Source of the DNA: Verrucomicrobiaceae bacterium
GTDB taxonomy: Bacteria; Verrucomicrobiota; Verrucomicrobiia; Verrucomicrobiales; Verrucomicrobiaceae
Direction: 5' to 3'
NCBI GenBank assembly: GCA_964203095.1
Contig: CAXNNN010000001.1
Location: 1 to 40,018, forward strand
DNA: 40,018 bases
The notes under the pieces were generated by a model that was given only the letters and a program-made list of their open reading frames with translations, was not told the origin of the DNA and made no database searches. Below, one piece after another: positions 1-8,572 of the stretch. The number at the start of each line of letters is the position of its first letter. Within the stretch, counting starts at the first letter, position 1. Made by a program: the position numbers and the translations under genes.

Positions 1-620
1 AAGCGCGGATCGCCGCCTTGCACAGACCACTGATAAGGCGGCATGCCTCCGACGGCGGCGAAGCGATGGGTCAGCATTTCATCCACCTTCACGCTTGGTG
101 GATTCGGTGTGGCGATCATGAGCGGCACTTCTGCCAACTCCACCTTCTCGGGTTCTAGGGTATCTTCGTCATCCGTGCTTTCGGTTTGATCAGCCGCAGC
201 CTCCTTGGCCTTCGACAAGTCAAACACCGGAAACCAAAGCCCATGCGTTTTGACCTGGCGGTTCAAGCCCTTGCCGCCCATGCCTGTGATCTCGGTGATG
301 CCCTGCGGCAGCAAGCGATCCAAGGCCTCGAAGTCACGTCGCCTCAACGCATCCACCAAACGACGCTTCTCAGGACTCCAGTCGTCATGCTCATCGTGGC
401 TCGCTTGCTTGGCGGTTCTTGCTTTGACCGCCTTGGGGTTGTCCGATGAAGGTTGCGATGAGTCAGTAGCCCCGCCTTTTAGCCAATCCGCCACGGCTTC
501 CGCGAGCGTATCACGGAAGCCACCGCCGGACTGAAAACCGACAAACGCTCCCCCCAACGCCGTGGCGATGAGCGCCACGACGATGACTGTCCAAAAGGAG
601 CGCTGTCGGCGAGTGAGCAT
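1..620 (-). CDS. hypothetical membrane-anchored protein; N-terminal ~206 codons only, continues past the left edge
   Basis: Absent from the ORF track because it has no stop in the window. My minus-strand translation from ATG 620..618 gives MLTRRQRSFWTVIVVALIATALGGAFVGF... (a TM helix) and stays open to base 1, ending ...FAAVGGMPPYQWSVQGGDPR (Ig-like 'PPYxWS' motif). The ATG overlaps the TGA of the upstream gene (TGATG). Confidence 0.6.
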   Translation of the reverse strand, partial: MLTRRQRSFWTVIVVALIATALGGAFVGFQSGGGFRDTLAEAVADWLKGGATDSSQPSSDNPKAVKARTAKQASHDEHDDWSPEKRRLVDALRRRDFEALDRLLPQGITEITGMGGKGLNRQVKTHGLWFPVFDLSKAKEAAADQTESTDDEDTLEPEKVELAEVPLMIATPNPPSVKVDEMLTHRFAAVGGMPPYQWSVQGGDPR

Positions 621-3301
621 CAGTTCGCTTCGATGAGGATGAGGCCCGAGCGAGTCACCGTCGCCGACTCCGGCAGCAGGAAGTAGCCGTGGCCTTTGGC
701 ATCATACAAATCAGCCGCAGTCGTTGAGTCCGGCACTAGCAGCCCTTGCAAGACAACGGTCTTCCTCGCTGCGCCCACGCCCAAGATCGCGCTGCCGGTG
801 AAGGTGCCCTTGGCAATGTTGAAGCTCAACCTATGCGAGGCAGCGATGGTCACCACGGCCGGTGCGGCGACTGTGAAGCTGGTCGTCGCCGGACTGGCCG
901 TGAGCGCGGCCAATCCACCGTCTTGCAAGATCAGGTCCGCATTGCCTGTGCCCGCAGGCAGGTTCATCACGATGGTGGCCCCTGCGGCGGGACGATACTT
1001 GCCGCCGTCAGCGTTGAGCGGAATCGGAGCAGGCCAGCCACTCTTGTAGAGCGTGCCGGAGGTCTGCGCAGGTTTGCTCCAGCTCAGTCCACCCGTAACC
1101 GTGTGGCCATCATTGGACGCGATGTTGAGCGTGCCATTGAGCGTCCCAGACACCGCGTAGAGCACCTGATAAACAAAGACTTCCCCATTCGCGCCGAGGA
1201 AGCCGCTACTCACAAAGGCTGAGCCATCGGCTGCCTTGCCACTGACCGTGATAGCCCCGTTGGCCAGCACTGTGATGGCACCATAGCCCGTGCCTTCCGG
1301 CTCGCTGCTCAAAGATCCGCCGGGCTTGGCCAAGTAGAAATGATGCAGCCCCGTCAGCGTGGTGCTGGTGACCGTTCGCTGGCCTGCCAGCGAAGCGCCA
1401 CCCGTGAGATCGCCGGTCAGCGCACCCGTGGTGGCGTTCAACGTGAAGTTCAGCGTCAGGTTGACGCCTTTGTATCTGATGACGGCTTCCCCAATCGGAT
1501 TGGCGGGAGCTGTGTTCAAAGTGCCCGTAATGGGCAGGCTGCTTTTGCCAATGATCACTTTGCCAGTGAAGGAAGCATTGCTCATCACCTTCAAATCCAC
1601 CCGCGCCCCAAGACCGTCGGTTTCATTGGCATTCAGCGTGCCGTCACGGTCCAGGATGCCAATGAAGCACCCCTGGGCCAAGGCGGCGAAGTCAGCCATG
1701 TTGATCTGATAACCCACGGACGTGCTCTGGCCTGCAGCATTCGTCGCCGTGAGCACGATCTGGTCGAACTCGCCAAACGCCGTCGGCACACCGCCGATGA
1801 CACCTGTGGTCGAATGGATCGACAGCCCAGGGGGCAAGCCGGTCGCTGTCCATTTGGTGGCGGCACCGCCCGTTGTCTGGACAGTGTAGCTAAAAGCTGA
1901 ACCCACCTTGCTACTGGCTGGGAAGGATTGAGAGACATTGATCAGCGGCTTCAAGTCGTCGTCCGTGATGGTGAGTGTGAAGGTGTCCGTGCCCAGCGCC
2001 CCCAGGCCTGCGTGAGCCAGGGGCGAGGGAGTGACCAGCTTTACCACGACCGTTTCATCGTTATTGTCCTCGTCGATAATGTCATTGAGCACCTTGATCG
2101 TGAGCGTCTTGCTCGTCTCTCCGGCATTGAAGACCAAGGCGGTGGTCGTGGCGTGGTAGTCCTTGGTCTTCGTGGCCGTGCCCGCATAGGTTACAGGCAC
2201 GGTTACTCTGACCGTCGGCGCGGGATTCAGATTGACCGTGACCGTCACGTCACCAACCGCCTCATCCACCGTTTGGGCAGGTACGCTCATCGTCGCGGAG
2301 CGGACTTGAAGCTGCGATACCGGCTTGTAACCGAGCACGATGTCCGAGCCCGCGATGTAGAAGCCATCGCTGGCCAGGAAGCTGACAAAGCCCTCGCTGT
2401 TGCGCGTGAAGGTTTGCGGCAGGTAGGTTGGCAGTCCGACCGCATTTTTCAGCTTCGCGTGATCAGGCAGGAAACGGCGCGAGACATGGGTGGCGGGATC
2501 ATAGCTTTGCAGCCAGTTGATCTGGTAGCCACCGAGCCACAAGCGCCCGGCACTGTCCACAGCCAGTGCGCCCGAGGCATCGCCCTTGAACAACTCCTGC
2601 GCGGACGCCTTGGCCACGGGTGCCGGGGACGAGGTGAGTATGCCCTGCACTGCCGCGTCCAGCTGAGCAGCGGTGAACTTCATCACCTTCTCAGACTCGA
2701 TCGGGGACACATCTGCCAGCACGGTGTAGACATTGCCTTGGGCATCGGTGGCGAGGCCACCGCTGTAGGAACTCAAGTCGCCCGTGACCGCACCCGTCTG
2801 AGTGCCATCGATCGAGACGAAGCTGATATTGCTTGCCCCAGCCGTCCCGTTGCCCCCCACCACGAGCCAGCCTTCGCGGCCAGAGCTGGGATGCTTCCAG
2901 AACACCGCGCCGTAGTTCTGCAAAGTTGCCAGCGCCGTGTTGCTAATGGTGGTGACTGGGTCGGAGGGATTGAAAGGTAGCAGTCCCGAGGGTCCGCCAA
3001 ATCCCCCACTGCCGATCAGCCCTTCGGTAGCCGAACGCAGGGCGATGAGGGCGGGATCGAAGATCATGTTGCTGGTGTTGACGAACGGAGTTTTCCCCGG
3101 CGAGCCGAAGGTGTCCTGGACGAAGACTTGCCCGTTCATGCCGAAGACGAACTGGCCGTCAGGACGATGCGCATGGGTGAGGGCGAACCCAGTGAGGGTG
3201 CCGACCTTGAAGGATGTCCATTCGGCGGAAAAAGCTGCGGACGTGGCGACGGCAAGCGACGCCAGTGCGACCGCAGCCTGTTTGAAGAGGCTGGTGTGCA
3301 T
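620..3301 (-). CDS. large secreted protein with Calx-beta-like and putative Ig (He_PIG-like) domains
   Basis: ORF 620..3385. Start moved to ATG 3301, where MHTSLFKQAAVALASLAVATSAAFS reads as a signal peptide. Calx-beta-like stretch: VTVPVTYAGTATKTKDYHATTTALVFNAGETSKTLTIKVLNDIIDEDNNDETVVV. Ig-like stretch: TATGLPPGLSIHSTTGVIGGVPTAFGEF. Confidence 0.8.
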   Translation of the reverse strand: MHTSLFKQAAVALASLAVATSAAFSAEWTSFKVGTLTGFALTHAHRPDGQFVFGMNGQVFVQDTFGSPGKTPFVNTSNMIFDPALIALRSATEGLIGSGGFGGPSGLLPFNPSDPVTTISNTALATLQNYGAVFWKHPSSGREGWLVVGGNGTAGASNISFVSIDGTQTGAVTGDLSSYSGGLATDAQGNVYTVLADVSPIESEKVMKFTAAQLDAAVQGILTSSPAPVAKASAQELFKGDASGALAVDSAGRLWLGGYQINWLQSYDPATHVSRRFLPDHAKLKNAVGLPTYLPQTFTRNSEGFVSFLASDGFYIAGSDIVLGYKPVSQLQVRSATMSVPAQTVDEAVGDVTVTVNLNPAPTVRVTVPVTYAGTATKTKDYHATTTALVFNAGETSKTLTIKVLNDIIDEDNNDETVVVKLVTPSPLAHAGLGALGTDTFTLTITDDDLKPLINVSQSFPASSKVGSAFSYTVQTTGGAATKWTATGLPPGLSIHSTTGVIGGVPTAFGEFDQIVLTATNAAGQSTSVGYQINMADFAALAQGCFIGILDRDGTLNANETDGLGARVDLKVMSNASFTGKVIIGKSSLPITGTLNTAPANPIGEAVIRYKGVNLTLNFTLNATTGALTGDLTGGASLAGQRTVTSTTLTGLHHFYLAKPGGSLSSEPEGTGYGAITVLANGAITVSGKAADGSAFVSSGFLGANGEVFVYQVLYAVSGTLNGTLNIASNDGHTVTGGLSWSKPAQTSGTLYKSGWPAPIPLNADGGKYRPAAGATIVMNLPAGTGNADLILQDGGLAALTASPATTSFTVAAPAVVTIAASHRLSFNIAKGTFTGSAILGVGAARKTVVLQGLLVPDSTTAADLYDAKGHGYFLLPESATVTRSGLILIEAN

Positions 3302-3507
3302 GGATAAGTGGATGGGGTGTCTGTCTCTGTCGTGAATGCGAGAGACGAATCCCATGACTGGCGACCACGGTGCAGCATCTCCCACGCTTCATTTTGCGAT
3401 GAAGTTTCCGTTCCCTCGTCGTGAGGGGCGGAGGTGAGGACAGGCAGATGGATGTTCGGACTCCGGGTTTGTTGAACCCACGCATGAGTCACTTGTGATC
3501 CAAGACT

Positions 3508-3612
3508 CTGAACGCTTTAGCCGTCCTCCTACTCTTACTCATCCTCGTGCTCGAAGCGTTGGGCTTTCGAGCAAGAGTAAGAGTAGGAGGATGAGTAGGA
3601 CTGAAGCGTTTG
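3508..3612. repeat. imperfect palindromic element built from TCCTAC/TCTTAC-type short words
   Basis: TCCTCCTACTCTTACTC (3524-3540) is the exact reverse complement of GAGTAAGAGTAGGAGGA (3575-3591). Inner GCTCGAA/TTCGAGC and outer AACGCTT/AAGCGTT pairs extend the hairpin. Confidence 0.75.
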
Positions 3613-3896
3613 AAGCCCTGGGATGAAATGAATCCGCAGGTGGTTCAGCCTCCTTCCACACCTTCACCCGCGTTGCCGCAGATTGGCTATTCGCGACCGG
3701 CACATCGAAAGGCCGAACGCTAGAAAGTTGTCACCCGATACCGCAGCGCAACTGTGACCGGTTCTCACGGTCTTCCCCGTTGCTGCCTATCGATGAAAGT
3801 CGATGTGTAAGAGACTGCGGAACTCATGCGAGGCCTCAGCATCTCGTTGGTTAGGCGACGCAGGGCAGAAGTCAATCTTGTGTTAAGCGACAGGCG

Positions 3897-4005
3897 GGTA
3901 GGGCGGTCTGTCCCTAGCCCGGCGTGCCTACGGCTGCTATGTCTCGGATATGAACGATGTCCTTTGGCCTCCCATGGCGGCGCTGTGGGGACTCAGCGCC
4001 CTACC
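3897..4005. repeat. GC-rich REP-like nested palindrome at the 3' end of the rhodanese gene
   Basis: GGTAGGGCG (3897-3905) pairs with CGCCCTACC (3997-4005, overlapping the TAG stop). An inner hairpin, GGCGCTG (3979-3985) / CAGCGCC (3994-4000), sits directly after the stop on the minus strand. Confidence 0.6.
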
Positions 4006-4378
4006 TTGCCTTCGCTTCTTCGTAAGCCGTGAAGCCACCGTCCAAATGAATCACCTGCTCGAAGCCGAGCTTCTTGAAGGTCGCGAGCGACTTGGTGCTG
4101 CGACCACCCGCTGCGCAATGCACTAGCACGGGCTGCTTCTTGTCCAGCTTGTCCAGTTCCTGCTCGAAGTCTGCCCCTTTGAAGTCAATGTTCTTCGACC
4201 CGTCGATGTGAGCGAGGCCAAACTCCGCCGGCGTGCGGACGTCCACGACGGCGACCTTCTTCTCGGCCACCAGCTTCACGGCTTCCTTGCCGTCCGCATG
4301 GGTGATTTTGGTATCGCCAGCCAGGGCAGCGGTAGCGAGGGCCAAGCAGCAGGCGATAGCGGAGAGAATGGTCTTCAT
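4001..4378 (-). CDS. rhodanese-domain sulfurtransferase, exported
   Basis: ORF 4001..4414, start moved to ATG 4378 (MKTILSAIACCLALATAALAG signal peptide). Rhodanese active-site loop HCAAGGRS. Confidence 0.85.
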   Translation of the reverse strand: MKTILSAIACCLALATAALAGDTKITHADGKEAVKLVAEKKVAVVDVRTPAEFGLAHIDGSKNIDFKGADFEQELDKLDKKQPVLVHCAAGGRSTKSLATFKKLGFEQVIHLDGGFTAYEEAKAR

Positions 4379-4415
4379 GTGCGCGTGAAGATACGCTGCG
4401 AGCCCGCCCTGCATC

Positions 4416-4970
4416 TCACCATTTCTGACACACTTCGACCTGCATCAGGCTGAGATTGCGATACACGCACTCTAACCTGCGCACCGGCCACCACCGATAC
4501 AGATAAATCTCCAGCGGCCGCCACATCGCCACCCAGCCGATGATCGTCAGCCCTTGGCGCACCATGCCAGACCAGGTGCCGTGGGCAGAGGGCAGCGACT
4601 GGGCCACCAGCTCGCAGACGATCAGGAAGGCAAGGCCAATGGCCAGCGCCACGCGGCCCTCCATCATCAGCAGTCGGAACTCCCGCCGAGTCATCTCCGC
4701 ACGATAGTGAAAGTAATGCTTCACCGATTCCGCGATCAGCGCCTGCGGATCGCTCACGCCGTCCGGCGCTCGGTCCAGGTGCACCACCAACCGCAAGGCA
4801 GCCCGACTGGGAAACTCCTGCGCCCAGCTCAGAATGAACTGCTCCGCATCATGATCCAGGTCGCGCTCATGAAAGGGCGACGGGTCCATCGAGTTGAACA
4901 ACTGCTCGATGGCCCCCAGCTTGACCTCAATCAAGCGGGGCGATGCAGAGGGCGAAGCGGTGGAGTTCAT
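4416..4970 (-). CDS. hypothetical membrane protein
   Basis: 184-aa ORF in the same orientation as its neighbours and tightly packed with them. Hydrophobic segments VALAIGLAFLIVCELV and LTIIGWVAMW. No family recognised. Confidence 0.55.
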   Translation of the reverse strand: MNSTASPSASPRLIEVKLGAIEQLFNSMDPSPFHERDLDHDAEQFILSWAQEFPSRAALRLVVHLDRAPDGVSDPQALIAESVKHYFHYRAEMTRREFRLLMMEGRVALAIGLAFLIVCELVAQSLPSAHGTWSGMVRQGLTIIGWVAMWRPLEIYLYRWWPVRRLECVYRNLSLMQVEVCQKW

Positions 4971-5012
4971 GAGGACACTTTGCTCCAGCCAGCCCTGACA
5001 AGGCAGGTCCGC

Positions 5013-6479
5013 CTACGCCAGCAACTCCTTCACCACCTTCGCGCTCTCCGTGACATTGGTCAGGCGGAAATCCAGACCCGCGTAGCGATAGGTGAAGGTT
5101 TCGTGGTCGAAGCCGAGCAACTTCAAGATCGTCGCATGCAGGTCGCGGACATGCACCGGGTTCTCCGTGGCAGCGAAGCCAAAGTCGTCCGTGGCACCGT
5201 GGGTGTAACCGCCGCGCACACCGCCACCGGCTAGCCAGGTAGTGAAGCCATAGTGATTGTGATCGCGGCCGCGTTGCTTGCCGGCGTTTGCGCCCGGAGT
5301 GGGCAGTTCCACGGCAGGCGTGCGGCCAAACTCGCCCCCCCAAATCATCAGCGTCTCATCCCACAGGCCACGCATTTTTAGATCGCGCATGAAGGCGGCG
5401 ATGGGTTTGTCGGTCTTCTCGGCGAGCTTCTTGTGCTCCAGGATTTCGTCGTGGTTGTCCCAGGGCTGACCCGCACCGGTCCATAGTTGGAGAAAACGCA
5501 CGCCGCGCTCCAGCAAGCGGCGCGCGATCAGGCACTGGCGGCCGAAGTCACTTTCGCCGTATTCCTTGCGCACCCACTCGGGTTCCTTGCTGATGTCAAA
5601 GGCATCCGTCGCCTCCATCTGCATGCAGTAGGCCAGTTCATAGCTCTGCACGCGGGCCTCCAGCTGGCTGTCGTTCTGGCGCGCCTTCAGATGGCGTTCG
5701 TTCAGCTCGTGCAGCAGGTCCAGCTGTTTGCGCTGCTGCTTCATGTCCAGGCTGGTGTTCTTGATGAACTCCACCAGCTTGTCCACGCGCGTCGCGTCTT
5801 CGGTGTTGATATACGCTCCTTGGAACACGCTGGGCAGGAAGGCGCTCTGCCAATTCTTCGTGCGGCGCGTGGGCATCCCACCGGGGCACATGGAAATGTA
5901 GCCGGGCAGGTTTTGATTCTCCGTGCCCAGGCCATACGTGACCCAGGAACCCAGGCTAGGGCGGGCCAGACGGCCATCGCCGCAGTTCATCAGGCCGAGC
6001 GACGGCTCGTGGTTCGGCACGTCCGCGTGCATCGAGCGGATAACGCACAGGTCGTCGGCGAACTCGCCCACATTGCTGAACAGCTCGCTCACCTCCAGGC
6101 CGCACTGGCCGTATTTTTTGAAGCTGAAGGGGCTCTTCAACCCAGCGCCCGTGGGCCGCTCCGTCTTCAGCATGTTGGGCAGCGCCTTGCCATCCATCCT
6201 TGTCAGCATCGGCTTCGGGTCGAAGGTGTCCACGTGCGAGGGACCGCCATTCATGAAGAAATGCACCACCCGCTTCGCCTTCGCGTCGAACTGCGACTGG
6301 CGCACGGCCAGCGGGTTCTGCGAATTGATCTGCGAGGCCGCCTGAGCGGTGCCATCGCCGAAGAGATGCGTCATCGCCACCGAGCCCAGCCCCATGCCAA
6401 CGCGGGACAGCATCTGGCGGCGGGTCAGGAAGTGGTGTTCAAGGTCAGGAGCGTGGTGAGACATGGGGTAGAAAGGCAT
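5013..6479 (-). CDS. DUF1501 family (sulfatase-like) protein with twin-arginine signal
   Basis: TRRQMLSRVGMGLGSVA is a Tat-like leader. The C-terminal GRDHNHYGFTTWLAGGGVRGG...GATDDFG pattern is typical of DUF1501. Confidence 0.85.
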   Translation of the reverse strand: MPFYPMSHHAPDLEHHFLTRRQMLSRVGMGLGSVAMTHLFGDGTAQAASQINSQNPLAVRQSQFDAKAKRVVHFFMNGGPSHVDTFDPKPMLTRMDGKALPNMLKTERPTGAGLKSPFSFKKYGQCGLEVSELFSNVGEFADDLCVIRSMHADVPNHEPSLGLMNCGDGRLARPSLGSWVTYGLGTENQNLPGYISMCPGGMPTRRTKNWQSAFLPSVFQGAYINTEDATRVDKLVEFIKNTSLDMKQQRKQLDLLHELNERHLKARQNDSQLEARVQSYELAYCMQMEATDAFDISKEPEWVRKEYGESDFGRQCLIARRLLERGVRFLQLWTGAGQPWDNHDEILEHKKLAEKTDKPIAAFMRDLKMRGLWDETLMIWGGEFGRTPAVELPTPGANAGKQRGRDHNHYGFTTWLAGGGVRGGYTHGATDDFGFAATENPVHVRDLHATILKLLGFDHETFTYRYAGLDFRLTNVTESAKVVKELLA

Positions 6480-6578
6480 ACGCGCCGCAGGCAGCAGAAT
6501 TACAGCCAGAAAGAGGTCCTCACAGTCCTCCTGTGCAGATCAGCTTCACGAAACTGCGCAGCGGACTGTGCGGGCCAC

Positions 6579-7457
6579 TTACACCACGCCTTCGCGCCCA
6601 AGTCCCGCGTCGGGATCAGGATCAATGAAGCCAAGTTCGACGAGGAACTCGTCCATGGCCATGAGGGTGGCTTCATACATCTCGAAGGAGAGGTTGAAGT
6701 TGAAGAAGCCGTGGCCAGCACCCTCGAACTCGATCATGCGGCAGAAATTTTTCTTCTTGGAGGACTTCCGTGCGAACTCGTAGGAGCCGCCGAAGGGTAC
6801 CACGCGGTCACCGGTGCCGTGCATGATGAGCATGGGCGGGAAGCCGGGGCGGATGGCGCGGATGAGATTGGCGTTCTTCGCTTCAGCAGGCGTTGGGAAA
6901 CGATCGAGGCCAAAGCCAGTCTTGGCGGTGTCGAGCACCGGATTGAAGAGCACTAAGGCATTTGGCGCGGCGTTTATGCCAGAGTCCTCGCCGACTTCGT
7001 CGTATTCACGGCCGAGCAGGGCGGAAGAGGCGATGGCGTGAGCGCCACCCGAGCCACCGATGCCGACGATCTTGCCGGGGTTAATGCCCATTTCGACGGC
7101 GTTGAGGCGAATCCAGCGCATGGCGCTGCGTGCATCGGCCATGGCTTGTAGCGGGCCGGTGCTCTGACGCGCGGCCACGCGGTAGTCGAAGGCCAACGTG
7201 GTCATGCCGCGCGAGGCGAAGTAGACGCAGTGCGGGGCAAACTGGCTGATTTGCCCGTTGTCCCAGCCGCTGCTGAAGAAGAAGGCCGCGACCGATTTAG
7301 GGTAGGCAGGGGCTTTCGCGGGATCAGGACCCCAGATGTAAACGGGCAGGTCGACACCGTTCACGGACTTGTAGATTTCCTCGCGAGCCGTTCTTAACAG
7401 CTCCCGATTCCGGTCGATGGGCATTGATTTGGGAAAACTTTCCTCCGGAAACTGCAT
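6579..7457 (-). CDS. alpha/beta hydrolase (esterase/lipase-like)
   Basis: ORF 6579..7568. GGSGGAH nucleophile elbow and a C-terminal HGTGD/GAGHGF pattern. Start placed at ATG 7457 (MQFPEE...), because a start at 7568 would leave only 12 bp to the divergent gene. The start is uncertain. Confidence 0.7.
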   Translation of the reverse strand: MQFPEESFPKSMPIDRNRELLRTAREEIYKSVNGVDLPVYIWGPDPAKAPAYPKSVAAFFFSSGWDNGQISQFAPHCVYFASRGMTTLAFDYRVAARQSTGPLQAMADARSAMRWIRLNAVEMGINPGKIVGIGGSGGAHAIASSALLGREYDEVGEDSGINAAPNALVLFNPVLDTAKTGFGLDRFPTPAEAKNANLIRAIRPGFPPMLIMHGTGDRVVPFGGSYEFARKSSKKKNFCRMIEFEGAGHGFFNFNLSFEMYEATLMAMDEFLVELGFIDPDPDAGLGREGVV

Positions 7458-7580
7458 GAGGGTGGGGGGCTGGGAGCGGTCTACAAGTTCCGCAGAAACG
7501 AAAATGCGGCAAATACTTTTCCAAACTCTGGAAAGGTTTGAGATGCACAGCCTGCGAGCCTTGGTCATGTTTCATGTCTG

Positions 7581-8483
7581 ATGGCCCTCCATAACCACCT
7601 CTCTTTTCTCCTCTGCGGCGTTGCTTGCCTGACGCTGCTGACTAACCGCCTTTCCGCCGAGGAAACGGACCTGCGCCTGAGCCTGGAACGTGTGTATCAA
7701 GAATGGCGAAGCGCCCTACTGGCGCGGAACCTGACGGCATGGCGCACCTGCACGACCACCTACCGGCAGGTGCTGACGCGCAACCTGATCGTCAGTCAAA
7801 AACAGCGCTACCCAGACGCGGTTTTTGCCCTGCCTGTGACCCCGCCCGACGTGCGTAAGCTGGCCCTGATGGAAACCGAGGCGGTGGGCGACACTGGGCA
7901 CCTGATTTTTTTCGGTAAGATCGATTTGGGCATCTCGGAAGAGGCCGCTGACGTCCCTGATAACCTGATTGTGCTGAAATTCTTCCGCGAACAAGGGCTG
8001 TGGAAGTTCGATTCCAGCAGGTTTTTGAACCTCGCAGACAATGTCGAACTGCGCGACGCCTGCCGCCGTGGCAGCACGGAATGGGCAAAGCACTCGCCCT
8101 TCAACCCACCGGGTACGCTACCCGCCGTGCCAAAGCTGTGCAAGGAGCCTGAAAAGGTCAGCGCGTTGCGCATTCAGGCATACGGCTATGAAGTGCTGGC
8201 GAACGTCAATGGCTACGACAACACGCCCGTCTTCGACAGTGCTGAGCAGCAGCTCATCATCGGCGGCCTGCTGCGTGGCGAGAATGCGCTCAAGCTGCAG
8301 GTGAAGGAACTGCCCATTGAGAAGGACGACGAGCGCTTCCTGCAAGTGGAGGCCGTGCTGATGAACAATGACGAGGCCAAGCCGACGATCCGTGTCTTCG
8401 AGTGGACGCCCAAAGAGCAGCCTGTGCCACCGGTGGTGAATCTGACCATCACGATCAATAACCTGACACAGAAAGGGATATAA
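7581..8483 (+). CDS. hypothetical secreted protein
   Basis: 300-aa ORF with a signal-like N-terminus, MALHNHLSFLLCGVACLTLLTNRLSAEE. No family recognised. Confidence 0.6.
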   Translation: MALHNHLSFLLCGVACLTLLTNRLSAEETDLRLSLERVYQEWRSALLARNLTAWRTCTTTYRQVLTRNLIVSQKQRYPDAVFALPVTPPDVRKLALMETEAVGDTGHLIFFGKIDLGISEEAADVPDNLIVLKFFREQGLWKFDSSRFLNLADNVELRDACRRGSTEWAKHSPFNPPGTLPAVPKLCKEPEKVSALRIQAYGYEVLANVNGYDNTPVFDSAEQQLIIGGLLRGENALKLQVKELPIEKDDERFLQVEAVLMNNDEAKPTIRVFEWTPKEQPVPPVVNLTITINNLTQKGI

Positions 8484-8496
8484 AAGGACCCATAAC

Positions 8497-8570
8497 GGAA
8501 TGACGAGAGATACTTCGTGCTGGCCCCACGATCGTTTTTCGTCATTGGTCTTTCTGTCATTCGTCATTCC
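8497..8570. repeat. palindromic element built from AATGACG / CGTCATT words
   Basis: GGAATGACGA (8497-8506) is the exact reverse complement of TCGTCATTCC (8561-8570). The right arm is periodic: TCGTCATT GGTCTTTC TGTCATT CGTCATT. It fills the gap between stop 8483 and start 8573. Confidence 0.75.
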
Positions 8571-8572
8571 CC

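Noticed and set aside
3826-4032. 68-aa ORF ending ..GGAVGTQRPTLPSLLRKP.
   Set aside because: It is the translation of the REP-like palindrome and overlaps the rhodanese gene end. No start context or motifs.
5487-6956. Very long ORFs antisense to or overlapping recognised genes. Examples: 5487..6956, 9536..10906, 1928..2980, 12588..13424, 19638..20243, 21775..22302, 25361..25942, 31861..32769, 8945..9505.
   Set aside because: Their translations are Arg/Ala/Gly/His-rich with no motifs, and each lies opposite a gene with clear family signatures. They are typical shadow ORFs of GC-rich DNA.
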